Positions 23,889 through 37,051 of a DNA stretch of 64,000 nt are shown here, piece after piece. The position numbers and the translations under genes were made by a program. The notes below the pieces were generated by a model. That model did not search any database. It saw nothing but the letters and a program-made list of their open reading frames with translations, and was not told where the DNA came from. Each line of letters starts with the position of its first letter. Position 1 is the stretch's first letter. Origin of the DNA: Heterodontus francisci (taxonomy: Eukaryota); NCBI RefSeq assembly GCF_036365525.1, contig NC_090403.1, forward strand, positions 45,261,095 through 45,325,094. The letters run 5' to 3'.

Positions 23889-25196
23889 ACTGTGTCCAGC
23901 GTCATATGTAAGTTAGAGACACATGGGAAGTGCCCAGATGTTGCAGAAATGTAACCAACAAGAATGGAGGAGTTGTGGGTGGGGGAGATGTAAAAACAAA
24001 GATCTTCCTTTAATAGAGTTGATTTATTATCGCAGGTTACGCTGGAATATACTTTAAATTGCTCCAATTACTTTTTCAATGATGCACTCACCATGATAGA
24101 AAAAGTTAAGCTACTTCTAGATTAATATGAATTTGTCTGAGTTTGTGCTGGACTGCCTCAGGGAACAAAAAGAGCACAGTGCACAGCAGTGTAAACCAAC
24201 ACTACTACCAATAATAAAAGGAAACAGTTTCTAAAGCAAATGGAAAATCAGATCCTTGAAGCTGTTGACTCTGGCATGAAACACTTGGGAATTCATGTAG
24301 CAAGTGCAAAGTTTTTTTCAAAGTATGTCTCCAATAAGACGTTACTGTATTTACATTCCTCAGATGTGTGCAGAATTTTACTGCTTTTTGAATTGCTCGT
24401 ATTTCCTGATGTGTTCTGAAGTTATGTTTTTGCATGGAGCTTACAGTTTTTGATTGTTTTCTGAATATTATCGTATTGCATTTTGCGGGAAGGGGTTCCA
24501 AAGCTTTCAAGACATTCTGCAGCAATTTACAAATAAAACGTACACAAAATATAGGTGACAATAATAGTGGCTGTGCATATAACCAATTTTAAATAAAGAG
24601 TTTTCAATGCATCAGGAGAAACTAAATATAATGGGTTAACCCATTACACAGAAATAATAAAACCTATGCATCATGCAAATACGTATTTTAAGAGCTAAGT
24701 TTAATTGAGCACTGCAGTAAAACAAAATCTGTCCTTAAAATCCTAGGAAGTCAAATCTGTTGTCTAGGTGGGTGCTCAAAATGTGGTACTTATGAAAATA
24801 TGGCACTGGGTTCAAATCATGTTTTGCAATCTTGGTAAAGCACGTTATCCATTTTTACACAGGTTATCTCTTTGTTCAATTAAAGACATTTTGTCCAAAC
24901 ACTTTTAGTTTATTAATGTTGAAAAGTATGATTCTATCCAGTGTGTCCTCTGAGATAACACAGGAAAAAGATGTATTAACTTTAATTTTTAAAGACATTT
25001 GTTTTTGAGCATCTCATCAGTATCCTTTCTTATTGTGCCACATGAAGGTTAGGTTTTCTCATGTTTTTTTTTCAGCAGTAAATATGCGCATAGAATATTT
25101 ATCAGTAGCTCAGTTTCTCCCAGAGTAAATGATACACCTTTCAATTCTATTTCTCAGGGGACAATAGATATTGTATGGTCCTATACTATCCCATAC

Positions 25197-28100
25197 TGGA
25201 TGGTATGTTGCCTCCCTGGTGCTAGGGTCAAGGATGTCACAGAGCGGCTGCAGGACATTCTGAAGGGGGAGGGGGAGCAGTCAGAGGTCGTGGTACACAT
25301 AGGTAAAAAGAGGGACGAGGTCCTGCAACAAAAATTTAGGGAGCTAGGTAGCAGATTAAAAAGCAGGACCTCAAAGGTTATAATCTCTGGATTACTCCCG
25401 GTGCCACGTGCTAGTGAGTATAGGAATAGGAGGATAGAGCAGATGAATGCGTGGCTGAAGAGATGGTGCAGGAGGGAGGGCTTTAGTTTCCTGGATTACT
25501 GGGTCTGTTTCTGGCAAAGGTGGGACCTGTACAAGTTGGATGGGTTGAACCTGAACTGGAACGGGACCAACATCCTTGCTGGGAGGTTTACTAGTGCTGT
25601 TGGGTGGGGTTGGGGAGGAGGATTTAAACTAATTTGGCAGGGGAATGGAATACAGAGTGGAGGTATAGTAGGGGTGATGCACAGTCAAATATAGAAGAGA
25701 AATGGAGTCAGTCTGGAAGGCAGAGCAAATATCGACCTGTTAAGGCACAAGTGAAAAATGCAAGGCTGGATTGCATCTATTTTAATGCAAGGCTGGACTG
25801 CATCTATTTTAATGCAAGGAGTCTTACTAGTAAGGCAGATGAATTGAGGGCATTGATTAGCAGATGGGATTATGATATTGTTGCTATCACAGAGAGGTGA
25901 TTGAGGGAGGGGCAGGACTGGCAGCTCAATATTCCAGGGTGTAGAATCTTCAGGCGTGACAGGGGAGGTGATAAAAGAGGAGGTGGCATTGCACTGTTGA
26001 TCAAGGAGTCAATTACTGCAGTAAGGAGGGATGATATCTTAGCAGGTTCCTCAAATGAGGTAATATGGGTAGAACCTAAAAACAAAAAGGGGGCAATCAC
26101 TTGGTTGGGAGTGTACTATAGACCTCCAAACAGTCAGAGAAAGATAGAGGAGCAGATATGTAGGCAAATCTCAGAGAGGTGTAAAAATATTAGGGTAATA
26201 ATAATAGGCGATTTCAACTTACCTGATATCAACTGGAATAGTCTTAGTGTAAAAGGCTTAAAGGGAGCGGAATTCTTAAAATGCATACAGGAGAGCTTTT
26301 TGAGCCAGTACGTAGAAGGTCCTGTAAGAGAAGGGGCAGTACTGGACCTAGTCCTAGAGAATGAAGCTGGACAAGTGGTAGAAATGTCAGTGGGGGAACA
26401 TTTCGGGGATAGTGACCATAACTCTGTAAGATTTAAGGTAGTTATGGAAAAGGACAAAGACGGGCCGGAAATAAAGGTACTGAATTGGGGGAAGGCCGAT
26501 TTCAATTTGATAAATCAGGATCTGGCCAAAGTGGACTGGGAGCAGCTACTTGTAGGAAAGTCTACACCAGACCAGTGGGAGTCATTCGAAGAGGAAATAG
26601 TGAGTGTTCAGAGCCAACATGTACCCGTTAAGGTGAAGGGTAGGATCAACTAGTCCAGGGAACCCTGGATGTCAAGGGATATAGAGGATTGGATCAGGAA
26701 AAAAAGGAGGCTTATGGCAGATTCGGAGCACTGAAAACAGGGGAGGCCCTAGAGGAGTATAGAAAGTGTGGGGAGATACTAAAAAAAGTAATTAAGAGGG
26801 CGAAGAGGGGACATGAAAAAACACTGGTGGGCAAGATAAAGGAAAATCCTAAGGCGTTTTATAAGTATATTAAGGGCAAGAGGATAACCAGGGAAAGAGT
26901 AGGGCCCATTAAGGGCCAAAGTGGCAATCTGTGTGTGGAGCCGGAGAACGTAGCCGGAGGTTTTAAATGATTACCTTTCATCTGTGTTCACTGTGGAAAA
27001 GGATGATATAGGTTGAGATCAGGGAGGGGGATTGTGATATACTTGAACATCTTTGAATTGAAAGGGAGGAAGTATTAGCTGTTTTAGCGAGCTTAAAAGT
27101 GGATAAATCCCCAGGCCCAGATGAGATGTATCCCAGGCTGTTATGTGAGGCAAAGGAGGAGATAGCAGGGGCTCTGACACAAATTTCCAAATCCTCTCTG
27201 GCCACAGGAGAGATACCAGAGGACTGGAGGACAGTGAATGTGGTGCCATTATTCAAGAAGGGTAGCAGGGATAAACCAGGTAATTACAGGCTGGTGAGTC
27301 TAACATCAGTGGTTGGAAAACTGTTGGAACAAATTCTGAGGGACAGGATTAATCTCCACTTGGAGAGGCCGTGATTAATCAGGGATAGTCAGCATGGCTT
27401 TGTCAGAGAAAGATCGTGTTCAACTAACTTGATTGAATTTTTCGAGGCGGTGACTAGATGTGTAGATGAGGGTAAAGCAGTTGATGTAGTCCACGTGGAC
27501 TTCAGTGAAGCTTTTGATAAAGTCCCACATGGGAGATTGGTTAAGAAGGTAAGAGCCCATGGGATCCAGGGCAATTTGGCAAATTGGATCCAAAATTGGC
27601 TTAGTGGCAGGAGGCAGAGGGTGATGGTCAAGGCTTGTTTTTGCGAGTGGAAGCCTGTGACCAGTGGTGTACTGCAGGGATCAGTGCTGGGACCCTTACT
27701 GTTTGTTGTGTACATTAATGATTTAGACATGAATATAGGAGGTATGATAAGTAAGTTCGCAGATGACACGAAAATTGGTGGTGTCGTATATAGTGTGGAG
27801 GAAAGCCTTAGATTACAGGATGATATAGATGGGCTGGTAAGATGGGCAGAGCTGTGGCAAATGGAATTTAATCCTGAGAAGTGTGAGGTGATGCATTTTG
27901 GGAGGACTAACAAGGCAAGGGAATATACAATGGATGGTAGGACCCTAGGAAATACAGAAAGTCAGAGGTACTTTGGTGTACTTGTCCATAGATCACTGAA
28001 GGCAGCAGCACAGGTAGATAAGGTGGTTAGGAAGGCATATGGGATACTTGCCTTTATCAGCCGAGGCATAGAATATAAGAGCAGGGAGGTTATGATGGAG

Positions 28101-28665
28101 CTGTATAAAATGCTAGTTAGGCGACAGCTGGAGTACTGTGTACAGTTCTGGGCACCACACTATAGGAAGGATGTGGTTGCACTGGAGAGGGTGCAGAGGA
28201 GATTCACCAGGATGTTGCCTGGGCTGGAGCATTTTAGCTATGAAGAGAGACTGAAAAGGCTAGGGTTGTTTTCCTTAGAGAAGGCTGAGGGGGGACATGA
28301 TTGAGGTATACAAAATTATGAGGGGCATTGATAGGTTAGATCGGAAGAAACATTTTCCCTTTGTGGAGGGGTCAATAACTGGGGGCATAGATTTAAGGTA
28401 AGGGGCAGGAGGTTTAGAGGGGATTTGAGGGAAAAAAATTTCACCCAGAGGGTTGTTGGAATCTGGAACACACTGCCTGAAGAGGTGGCCGAGGCAGGAA
28501 TCCTCACAACATTTAAGAAGTGTTTAGATGAGCACTTGAAACGCCATAGCATTCAAAGCTATGGGCCAAGTGCCGGAAAATGGGATTAGAATAGATAAGT
28601 GCTTGATGGCCGGCACGAACACGATGGGCCAAAGGGCCTGTTTCTGTGCTGTATAACTCTATGAC
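25197..28665 (+). mobile_element. CR1 (HER1-like) LINE with partial ORF1 (SGNH esterase-like) and near-complete ORF2 carrying stops and frameshifts
   Basis: ORF1 piece VCCLPGARVKD...LLPVPRA...DLYKLDGL. APE (YFNARS, YYRPPN, GDFNLP, SDH). RT (KSPGPD, AFDKVPH, QGSVLGP, KFADDTK). Tail gggcctgtttctgtgctgtataactctatga. Confidence 0.93.
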
Positions 28666-28702
28666 CCTAGTTTTCACCAATAGTTACAGATTGGTAGGTA
28701 GT

Positions 28703-29052
28703 TTTAGTTTTAGAGATACAGCACTGAAACAGGCCCTTCGGCCCACCGAGTCTGTGCCGACCATCAACCACCCATTTATACTAATCCTACACTAATTCCA
28801 TGTTCCTACCACATCCCCACCTGTCCCCTACATTTTCCCTACCACCTACCTATACTAGGGGCAATTGCTAATGGCCAATTTACCTATCAACCTGCAAGTC
28901 TTTGGCATGTGGGAGGAAACCTGAGCACCTGGAGGAAACCCACGCAGACACAGGGAGAACTTGCAAACTCCACACAGGCAGTACCCGGAATTGAACCCGG
29001 GTCGCTGGAGCTGTGAGGCTGCGGTGCTAACCACTGCGCCACTGTGCCGTCC
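28703..29052 (-). mobile_element. V-SINE (HE1-like), full length
   Basis: Closely matches 10040-10391, including the tRNA-like head and V-domain. Confidence 0.88.
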
Positions 29053-30594
29053 AGTAGTCACTCCATGGGCAGCCCATGTTGGCTATACCGCCTTTAGAAA
29101 ATTAGATTTGCAGGAAATTAAAACTGTTTTAAAATGAAAACTGAAATAGGGGTATAAGAGACGGGAAACAATGACGGGACAGAATTAATTAAAATTCTTT
29201 ACTACTTTCAGTAGCAATTTCCAACATTATCCACGAATGAGGTTTAGTCCAAGTGGAAACTGGATTCAATCCCACCAGATTGCTGTTAAAGTGTTCTCAC
29301 AGAAACATAGCTTTTGCTTCATGAGAACCCGAGATCTTATTTGACATGATAGCAAAAGCTACCAAGAAACAAGAACAACTCAGGAGCTGCAAACATTACC
29401 ATATCAGCAGAATATATTACATCAGGGTTGAATTATCTGACTTTCACCGAGGTGCAGCACTTGAGATTAAGTTCTGACTGACCTATATTTGTAGAGTGAT
29501 TTACAATCTCAATCTGTAATTTCGGTCTGTATTTCCAGTACCTGTGAAGGTGACAAGAGCTATTAACTTTGGAGCTACAGTCTCTTTTTACTCATGTACA
29601 AAGTTCATGAAACTGACCATGTTGCATTGCCTAAAAGTGTCCACAGTCGCATTTTGACTGCAAAAGCTAAGCAGCACAAAGAAGTGGAAACTCGGTAATT
29701 TATGTCACTGCTAAATCCCCAAGAGTCCAGGATACTATTGAATGTCAAGATGCAGCTAAATACAGTCACTTCAGGTACATAAATAGGAATGGATTTTAGC
29801 CTAATGCATTGGATGCTAAAAATGCCATCGCACAAATATATGCGGATTATTTTGGTTTTACATCTGAATCCTTCATTATGTTTCCCACTAAGTGTTTGAG
29901 TCAGATGAAAGATTTTAGGATGTTAATGACTTCTTTAGTCAGCCCCCACAACTTCTGCAAGCACAGATATGCAGTTATTGAAAGTGCATGCATAATGTGC
30001 TGGCAGCTCAGACAGCACCCTTCAGTATGATCCTGAGAGTCTGCAAAACAGTGAGTATGTGAACTGCTACCATGCAGCATGGATTCATGACGGACCTTCC
30101 AGAAAAGGAAGAAAACAAAAACCTCTGCTGGTTGAGAACCTGTTGTAATCTGACGAGTTACAGACATAAGTTACAGATATAAATTACAGATAATTCTTCC
30201 TGATTCCCATGTCATACGAAACCAATCCATCTATGATGTATGAAAAATTCAAGTTTTGAGAACCAACATTTCAAAGTATCCGAAGTTTTTTTTCTGACTT
30301 GGAACCAAAGATTTATAGGCAACTTTAGATCTGCAAACTTCTGTCATCAACTAACGATTAAACTCAGGCTATCTTTCTTCTAGCAATTAGGCTCCTAGCC
30401 TTTAAGGCAGGAGCAAGATGTACACAGCATCAACTTAGCAACAGAATAATGCATTGTGTGTTTCATGGTATAACTGTCTTGTCATAATAAAGCAGTATAT
30501 CATCCATGTTATAAAACCTTAGGAGAAGTGCCAGCTTTTAAAAATAGTGAAAATGCAATATCATCACAAACGTGGTGTGGATGGCTCATAAGCC

Positions 30595-31400
30595 CATGTC
30601 CAGATGCAGCAAGACCTGGACAATTTCCAGGCTTGGGTTGATAAGTGACAAGTAACATGCATGCCACACTAGTACCAGGCATTGATCATCTCAAACAAGA
30701 GAGAATTTAACCATCTCCCCTTGATGTTCAATGGCATAATCATCACAGAATCCCCACTATCAACATCCTGGGGATTACCATTGACCAGAAACTGAATTGG
30801 ACCAGCCACACAAATACTGTGGCTACAAGAGCAGGTCAGAGGCTGGGAATTCTGCGGCAAGTACCTCTCCTCCTGTCTCCCAATGCCTGTCCACCATCTA
30901 CAAGGCACAAGTCAGGAGTGTGATGGAATACTGTCCACTTGCATGGAAGGGTGTGGCTCCAACAACACACAAGGAGCTCGACACCATCCAGGACAAAGCA
31001 ACTCGCTTGATCAGCACCCCATCCACAAACATTCAGTTCCTCCACCACCAACACACAGTGGCAGCAGTGTGTACCAAATGTAAAATACACAGCAGCAGCT
31101 CACCAAGGCTCCTTTAACCGCACCTTCCAAACCCATGAACTTTGCCACCTGGAAGGACAAGGGCAGCAGATGCATGGGAACAGCACCATCTGCAAGTTCC
31201 CGTCCAAGACATACACCATCCTGACTTGGAACTACATCACCGTTCCTTCGCTACCACTGGGTCAAAATTCTGGAACTCTCTTCCTAACAGCACTGCAGTG
31301 GTTCAAGAAGACAGCTCACCACCACCTTCTCAAGGGCAATTAGGGATGGGCAATAAATGCTGGCCTAGCCAGTGATGCCCACATCCCACAAACAAAGTTA
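30595..31400 (+). mobile_element. 3' fragment of a second CR1/L2-group LINE family
   Basis: TIYKAQVRSVMEYCPLAW...LDTIQDKA...WNSLP. Tail gggcaattagggatgggcaataaatg. Confidence 0.8.
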
Positions 31401-32435
31401 CAAAATTAAGGAACTAGTACACCTGTCCTGCATAGGACCCCTCACAGCCTTGTTGGCCCAATGAAAAATGGAAATTGTTTAAAATTACCAAGAACCTAAT
31501 TCAATAAGAAAATTGAACAAAACAAATTTAAGCAATAGCATTGCACAAGTTTACATATTTGTATTACTTTTCTGTCTATGTTTTGACTATGTACTATACC
31601 CTGCTGCCAACAACTCCAGGCTACATCTTATGCAGCTGCCGGCAGAGAGATCCTGCCTGGGATATACCTGAAGTAACACATGAAAAAAGTCTCGAGAAAT
31701 CATTCAATTACACATGTTAGTACATGGCCAGTCTGATGGGTTTATCTTTGAGCCAGTTTGCGATTCTCTCACTAGTTCCATCAGTCGCTTAGTCACCAAG
31801 TCATACTTCCTTGGTAGTTTGCAGCAAATCAGCTAGTACGGTTGGCATAAATGTCCACCTGGGTAAACTAATCCTGAAAGTATCCTATATATCTGTTATC
31901 CTCATCAGACTGTATCTTGAATATTAAATATATTAGTATGGGCACAATCCTACATTTTTGATGGTGTTCTGCATAGAACCAGGCATATTTGCCAAATAAA
32001 CCTTTCTTTATTCTTGGGATGTGGGTGACACTATAGATGTGGCTATATTTATTGTTTATCCCTGATACCCTAAGAAGTAGTCTTCCCCTTCAGGTGCTGC
32101 AGTCCTTGTGGTGATGGTGCTCCCACAATAGTGCTTGGTAAGGAATTCCAGGATACTGACCCAGCAACAATGAAGAAATGGTGATTCTATATCCAAGTCA
32201 GGATGGTGTGTGAGTTGGAGAGGAACTTGAAAGTGATGGTGTTCCCCTAACACTACTGCTCTTCTTGGTGGTAGCAATCACATTGGATGGAGATACTATC
32301 AAAGTAACCTTGGTAAGTTGCTGCCCTGAATCCTGTCAGTCATACATACAGCAACCTCAGTATGCCAGTGTTGGAGGGCATGGATATTGAATGCAGCAGC
32401 AAGGGCACCAATCAAGAAAACTGCTCTGTCCTGGA

Positions 32436-32950
32436 ACAAAAACAAAAAGGGCTGGAAATACTCAGCAGGTCTGGCAGCATCTGTGGAGAGAGAAGCAAAG
32501 TTAACGTTTCAGGTCAGTGACCTTTTGTCAGAACTGGCAAAGGTAAGACAAGAATCAGGTTTTAAGCAAGTGAAGGGGAGGGGGGTGGGGGAGAGAACAA
32601 AGGGGAAGGTGTTTGATAGGGCAGGAGAGATGAAATGACAAAGCTGTCCTGGGACAAAGGCAAGGCCAGTATTAATACTTGTGAAAGACAAAGCATTATT
32701 CCAGACAGACTGTTAATAGCAGAATAATGAGCAGCTCTGACTACATGAAAAGCAGGCACATGGTTAAAAATTAAATATTAGAAAAAGGCCAGTCGTGCTC
32801 TGAAGTTATCGAACTCAATGTTCAGTCCACAACACAGTAGATTGCCTAATCGAAAGATCAGGTGCTGCTCCTCGAGCTTGCGTTGATGGTCACTGGAACA
32901 CTGGAGCAGACCAAAGACAGAAATGTTGGCATGAGAGCAGGGGGAAGTGT
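32436..32950 (-). mobile_element. Penelope-like element 3' fragment (GIY-YIG C-terminus + terminal region)
   Basis: Peptide VFGLLQCSSDHQRKLEEQHLIFRLG...GLNIEFDNFR. TSD tgctctgtcctgga (32422-35) / tgctctgcctgga (32951-63). Confidence 0.82.
32499..32535 (-). ncRNA. Minimal type-I hammerhead-ribozyme-like motif
   Basis: Minus strand agtt-CTGACAA-a-AGGTC-act-GACCT-GAAAC-GTT-aact. This copy has a G-to-A change in the CUGANGA box. Confidence 0.55.
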
Positions 32951-33169
32951 TGCTCTGCCTGGATTGGGTTGAGTTTCTTGATGTAGCTCCACCCATCTAA
33001 GCGAGTGGTGGATATTCCGTCTCACTGCTGACTTGAGCCTTGGAGCTGTTGGAGTGACTGAGAGATTGCGAGGTGAGCCACTTATCACAGAATACCTACA
33101 GTCTGGTCTCCTCTTGTAGCCACACTGTTGCTATGTCTGATCGAGTTCAGCTTCTAGTCAATGCTGACT

Positions 33170-33392
33170 TCAGAGGGCATTAACACTCAAGCACTGGAGT
33201 CATCTGTATGTCAGACCAGGTAAAGGTGGCAGGCATCCTTCCCGAAGGACATTACTGAACAATTCAGATGTTTTTGTGGTTATTTATCTGGTGTTGACTC
33301 ATTACCAAATTTAATTAAATTCCGGTTGCCATGGTGGAATTGTGAATTCACAACCTCTGATTTGTTAGTCCAGTACCATAATCACTAGGCTA
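33170..33392 (-). mobile_element. Diverged SINE of the third family
   Basis: Reverse-complement similarity to 18298-18545. Confidence 0.55.
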
Positions 33393-33424
33393 TTTGCAGA
33401 TTTTAAAAGTTCTTAATTGCGACG

Positions 33425-33842
33425 TAGAAAGACAGACTTGGATTTATTTACCTTTCATGACTGCAGGATGTCCCAAAGCACTTTACAAACAAAGAAGTAC
33501 TTTTGAAGCACAGTCACTTTTGTAATGTAGGAAGTGAGTCAGCCAATTTGTACACAGCAAAATCCCAGAAACAGCAATGAGATAATCTGTTTTTAGCCAT
33601 GTTGGTTGAGGAATAAATATTGGTCAGGATACTAAGATGAAATCCTATCTTCTTCAAATAGTACCATGGGATCATTTACATCCACCCGAGAGGCCAGATG
33701 AGGTCCTGGTTTAGCATGTCATCTGAAAGGAGGCACCTCCAACAGTGCAGCACTTGAGTTTTAGCCTGGAATTTTATGCTGAAGTCTCTGGAGTGGGACT
33801 TGAACCCAGAGGCGAGAGTGCTACCACTCAGCTGTGGCTGAC
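33425..33842 (-). mobile_element. Deu-domain SINE
   Basis: Reverse complement of the 7017-7710 family (B box ggttcaagtcccactccag, Deu core, L2-type tail). Confidence 0.78.
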
Positions 33843-35274
33843 ACTGCAGATGTCTACATGGCTGATTTTGTCATTGTGTCTGATTTATGGTCTCGGGGAA
33901 GGTAATGCTTATGTTTCCCCATAAAATCTCCTGTGGCCCATTCTTGTTTCCGCTCTTTAGGAAACCTGGCCGAATAAAATAAATGAAATGTCCCCAAGTG
34001 ACGGTGGCTGATGTTCCTGCGGACCATCTGATCCTGTATTACTGTGTCAGTGTATATTCCTGCACTAAGTGCTGATAATGTAATTCCAAAAAGTCCATGC
34101 TCATCAATTAAACCAAGTACTACATACATGGAGTGAGAGAAATCTACACTTATTGTAAGCTTTGAATTACTTAATGAATGTTCTTGCTGTTACTGAGAGA
34201 ATTGTGAAACTCAACAAAATATCTTAATTATATATGATTGCACAAGAATTGCAGTTCACAGTCACATTTCAGTGTTTAGACCGGCCATTAAAATCTTATG
34301 CTTTTAAATATAATGACTTAGCAGTATATGCTGAATCAATGGGGTCTCAGTGCCAAGATATACACCACAAGCTGTCTCAATGGGCACTATTCAGTATAAC
34401 TGAGGCACTTTCACATCTGTAGGTTTAATGCTTGCAGGGCTTGTGGTTGATCTTCCATCCCTTTAATTGTTAAAGGAAGTTTTGTCTGTGGCAGACATTT
34501 CTTCATGAGTGAACCTTTTACTACAGTCATCCCAGTTATAGTTATTTTTGGAAAGGCCTCAGCTATTTCCTCTTAGGCAGCTGGATTGCCATGTAGATGT
34601 GGGGCATTGGTCTCGGGGCCACAATGGCTCCATGCTTTCTTGAGATCTCTTCCACAAGAAGGATAGCCTAGCATTTCCCAAAGTGCGCATTATTTATTCA
34701 TTTGTTTAATTATTTTGTATCCTGGCAAAACTTCCACTGAAACAGTGGCAAGCTAATTTATAGCAATGAAGTAAGTGATTTCCAACCTGATAAGCTGCAT
34801 CATTTACTAACATTTTTTCTGTAAAATGCAGAGATGGTAAAATGTAAGTTTTTGTTTTACTCATGGTAACAAATCCATCGTGGTCAAAGTGACCAGAAAT
34901 ACAGTGGGTGAGCGTATCACCTACTTCCAAACCACAGACTTTCCTCTAGGATTGCCGTGTGTGCACCGTCACCATCCAAACCGTACCAGGCAAGCAAACT
35001 TTGAGCACTCCTATTGATTAAAAGAAAATGCACCCATCAGCAGTCAGCAACAGATGCAATATTTTTCGACAGGGTTGGAGGCCTTTCCTACATCCATGAG
35101 TCATGGATGTTCAGACTTGGCTGTGGATGATGCAAAGGTTGAGGATCTTTTGTGAACAAACAAAAACTTACCCTTTGTTATTTGATGAAAAATAATCACT
35201 AAACGTATTCATGAAACTGGTTATTTAAGGTTACCTCCAGCTAGACCATCCCTCAGTCAGATCTTTGATGCTAA

Positions 35275-35552
35275 TCATAGGTGCAAGAGTAGGTTATTCA
35301 AACCCTCAAGACTGTCCTGCCATTCAGTTAGATTATGGTTGATCTGTTCCTCAACTCCATTTACCCATCTTTGATCCTTATCCCTTGATATCCTTACCTA
35401 ATAAAAAATATATCTATCTCAGTCTTGAAAATTTTGATTGACCCAGCATCTACAGCCTTTTGGAGAGTGAGTTCCATATTCCATTACCCTTTGTGTGAAA
35501 AAGTGTTTTATGATTTCACTCCTGAATGGCCTAGCTTTAATTTTAAGACTAT
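35275..35552 (-). mobile_element. CR1 3' fragment
   Basis: HSLKIKARPFRSEIIKHFFTQRV plus CR1 tail. Confidence 0.8.
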
Positions 35553-36454
35553 GCAAACGTAAGATATGCATCATAAGTTTGTAGTTAAATAACATTGCCA
35601 ATATTATATCTGAGGCTTGCATTGTTTCAGTATTAACGCCACATATGTTTGCTTCATGTCAGTCATATGTTGGATTGCTTCAGTAAATTTTCTGTGTTAC
35701 ATCATTGGGTGAACTACAGTTTTGTTTAGGCTTCAGCGAGACTGTAGTAAATATCAGAAGCCACATGCAGGTCTGGACATTGTTCACAGAAAGTTGGATG
35801 ATACATTACTTAACAGGCATGAAAGCATTTACACTATATAACGCACAATCTATTATTCTGGATCTGAGGTAGCGACTAAATGTAATTTAGCCTGCACTTT
35901 TAAGACCATGATGTCTTAATTGCTGTAAACAGGCACACCCTGTGGTTATTACAGGTTAAGTTCTCAGGTGTAAATGTAGGTAAATCAGAGAGCAATATTT
36001 ATTTTTGTTAACAGCTGCTTGTAAATGTCCAGCTCCTGTTCAAAGTCAGAACCAGCAAGAAATGACTGGCTTTCTTTTTCAAGTGTGGTATACATGTATT
36101 TGCATTTGTGACAAAGTGCGATGCCTGAGGTGTAGCAGAAGCATTTCAAAAGTTTTATATACCAGGACCAGGTGATCTTGTGCAAGATAGTAGCACAGAG
36201 ATTAGTTGGTAAGTAATGATAGGAGTGTTTTACATGACAAAGCTTTAATTGTAATCAGCCATATATTTCAAACTGCAGATGTTCTGCTTCTCTCATCCTA
36301 AGAGTGAAGGAAGTTTCCAGCTGGTTACTGTAACAAATGCTAAAACTCCGGAAAGTTAATCCATATTGCAATGGTGCAATACAAAATGGAGAACACACCA
36401 ATGCCAATGTATGGCAGTGTAATGGACAGCAACTCCCATGACATGATGGTCAGC

Positions 36455-37005
36455 TTCAGCTGGAGTATTGCGTCCAGTTCTGGTCGCCGTACTTTGGGAA
36501 AGATGTGAAGGCATTGGAGAGAGTGCAGTAAAGATTCACGAGAATGGTTCCAGGGGTGAGGAATTCAGTTATGAAGATAGATTTGCGAAGTTGAGACGGT
36601 TTTCCTTGGAGAAGAGAAGGCTGAGAGAAGATCTGATAAAGGTATTCAAAATCATGAGAGGTCCAGACAGGGTGGATAGGGAAAATTGTTCCCACTCGTG
36701 AAAGGATCAAAAATGTAAGGGCACAGATTTAATGTAATTGGCAAAAGAAACAAAAGTGACATGTGGAAAACCTTTTTCATGCAGCGGGTGGTTAAGATCT
36801 GGAGTGCACTGCCTGAGAGTGTGGTGGAAACAGGTTCAATCAAGGCATTTAAAAGGGAATTAGACTGTTATCTAAAAAGGAAGAATGTGCAGAGTTACAA
36901 GGAGAAAGCAGAGGTATAGCACTAGGTGAATTGCTCATTCAGAGAGCTGGTGCGGACACAATGGGCCGAATGGCCTCCTTCTGCACTGTAGCAATTCTCC
37001 GATTC
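36455..37005 (+). mobile_element. CR1 3' fragment
   Basis: QLEYCVQFWSP...LEKRRLREDLIKVFK plus tail. Same subfamily as 15945-16356. Confidence 0.88.
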
Positions 37006-37051
37006 TGAGTGAGGATGGGGTAGGGTAGAGTGGGGAGAGGAGAGGAAATGG

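Larger units (their letters stand above)
32003..33165 (-). mobile_element. Older copy of the second CR1/L2-group LINE, interrupted by a Penelope-like insert
   Basis: Reverse-complement homology to 30595-31400 on both sides of 32436-32950. Confidence 0.7.

Noticed and set aside
24205-24561. 118-aa minus-strand ORF
   Set aside because: AT-rich with no motif or splice support; length is compatible with chance.
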